From positions 186,001-250,000 of the forward strand of contig JBNJNM010000011.1 of the NCBI GenBank assembly GCA_052426225.1: a stretch of DNA of 64,000 bases, written 5' to 3'. This document shows, one piece after another, positions 63,074 to 64,000 of the stretch (position 1 is the stretch's first letter; the number at the start of each line of letters is the position of its first letter). The position numbers were made by a program, and so were the translations under genes. This DNA is from Zancudomyces culisetae HAW-14-8 (Eukaryota > Fungi > Kickxellomycota). Below the pieces are notes generated by a model. That model worked only from the letters and a program-made list of their open reading frames with translations. It made no database searches and had not been told where the DNA came from.

Positions 63074-64000
63074 ACTTCGGTTATGAACTGATTATTGAAA
63101 AGTGAATGAGGGCGCTATTTAGCCCTTATTTTTAAGGGAATGCTGTGGGATTGAGTATCGACTATAAGAAATACCAAAAGTTTTGAGATGTTGAATTAAA
63201 GTTGCACTTGATTTGTTTTATGTTTATTTTATTATATGTGGTGCAATTTATTTCCTTTTGTGCAATAGGAGCGGATAAAGGAATATATCACCGAGTTTTA
63301 ATGTAACCTAGTTTGTACAATATTAAAATAGTAAAAAAGAATAATAAGCTTACTTTATATATCAACACCTTATTTATATGCTGTAATTGTATACACCGAG
63401 CTTTTGTTGTCTTAGTCAACTGTCAGAGTTATAAAAAAAGCTCAACCGATCTCTCACTCTCTCGCTTTCTCTGACTCTCTTGTACAATCCAGTGTTTTTC
63501 AATGCCAACTACACTATTTAATTACTAAACAACCGCTGATATAGTTGAAATAGTAACTGTTTATTCGGCATCACAAAAAGTACTTCGTTTCGCCCGTATG
63601 CGGTCAGCTCGATATAATTTAACTGTAAAAGTCAACCTGTTCTTTTAATAAACCCAGGGTATGACACTTCCTTTTTGCTTTTATTTTTGCTGTTAATAAT
63701 GTTAGCTTTGAATTTAGTATATAAAATGCCTTATTTCTGTTTGCAGTGTTGAGATAGTTTTAAAGAAGCTATATGCATATAAAACTGATATTCCTTTTTA
63801 TTTTTATTTTCGAAAGCATTCAACACTTTATTATACTGTGAAAAAGAAAAAGAAAGGTATATTTATCTCGCTTTGAATTAAAACTGATCTTTCATCGGCT
63901 TATTGGGATTTTCCAATTTTTTTCATCCCAATGTAATTCAGACTACAATCCTATAACATTTTCTACTCGTGTTAGTCTATTAAACAGATACTAGCAAAAA

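Overview
AT-rich, intron-containing eukaryotic DNA with fungal-type genes. The gene set and style suggest an early-diverging fungus, possibly Kickxellomycotina/Harpellales (inference only). About 22 protein-coding genes are supported: LAMTOR1/Ego1-like, a short NudE-like coiled-coil protein, UTP23, CTNNBL1, RanBP9/10 (GID1), two MFS transporters, PNP1, PUS4, a divergent H4/H3 pair, a P1B-type ATPase homolog, a GH17 glucanase, RPL2 (uL2), a CBM19-like GPI protein, an F-BAR/SH3 Cdc15/Hof1 protein, VTA1, a centrin-like protein, an orphan secreted protein, a PDK1/Pkh kinase, FAM32A/DUF1754, a 7TM receptor and a tail-anchored orphan. A 5'-truncated non-LTR retrotransposon and several microsatellites are also present. 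The most striking item is the 1293-aa P1B-ATPase homolog: its ORF is intact, but nearly every catalytic and metal-binding signature is substituted, including the phosphorylated Asp, so it is a candidate pseudo-pump. Other notable items are a highly structured, probably snoRNA-bearing 5'-UTR intron in RPL2, a PH-less PDK1 with a Cys-rich tail, a PIN-degenerate UTP23 and sharp G-to-C skew switches inside genes. Exon structures were read by eye from GT..AG signals and frame continuity; no database searches were run.
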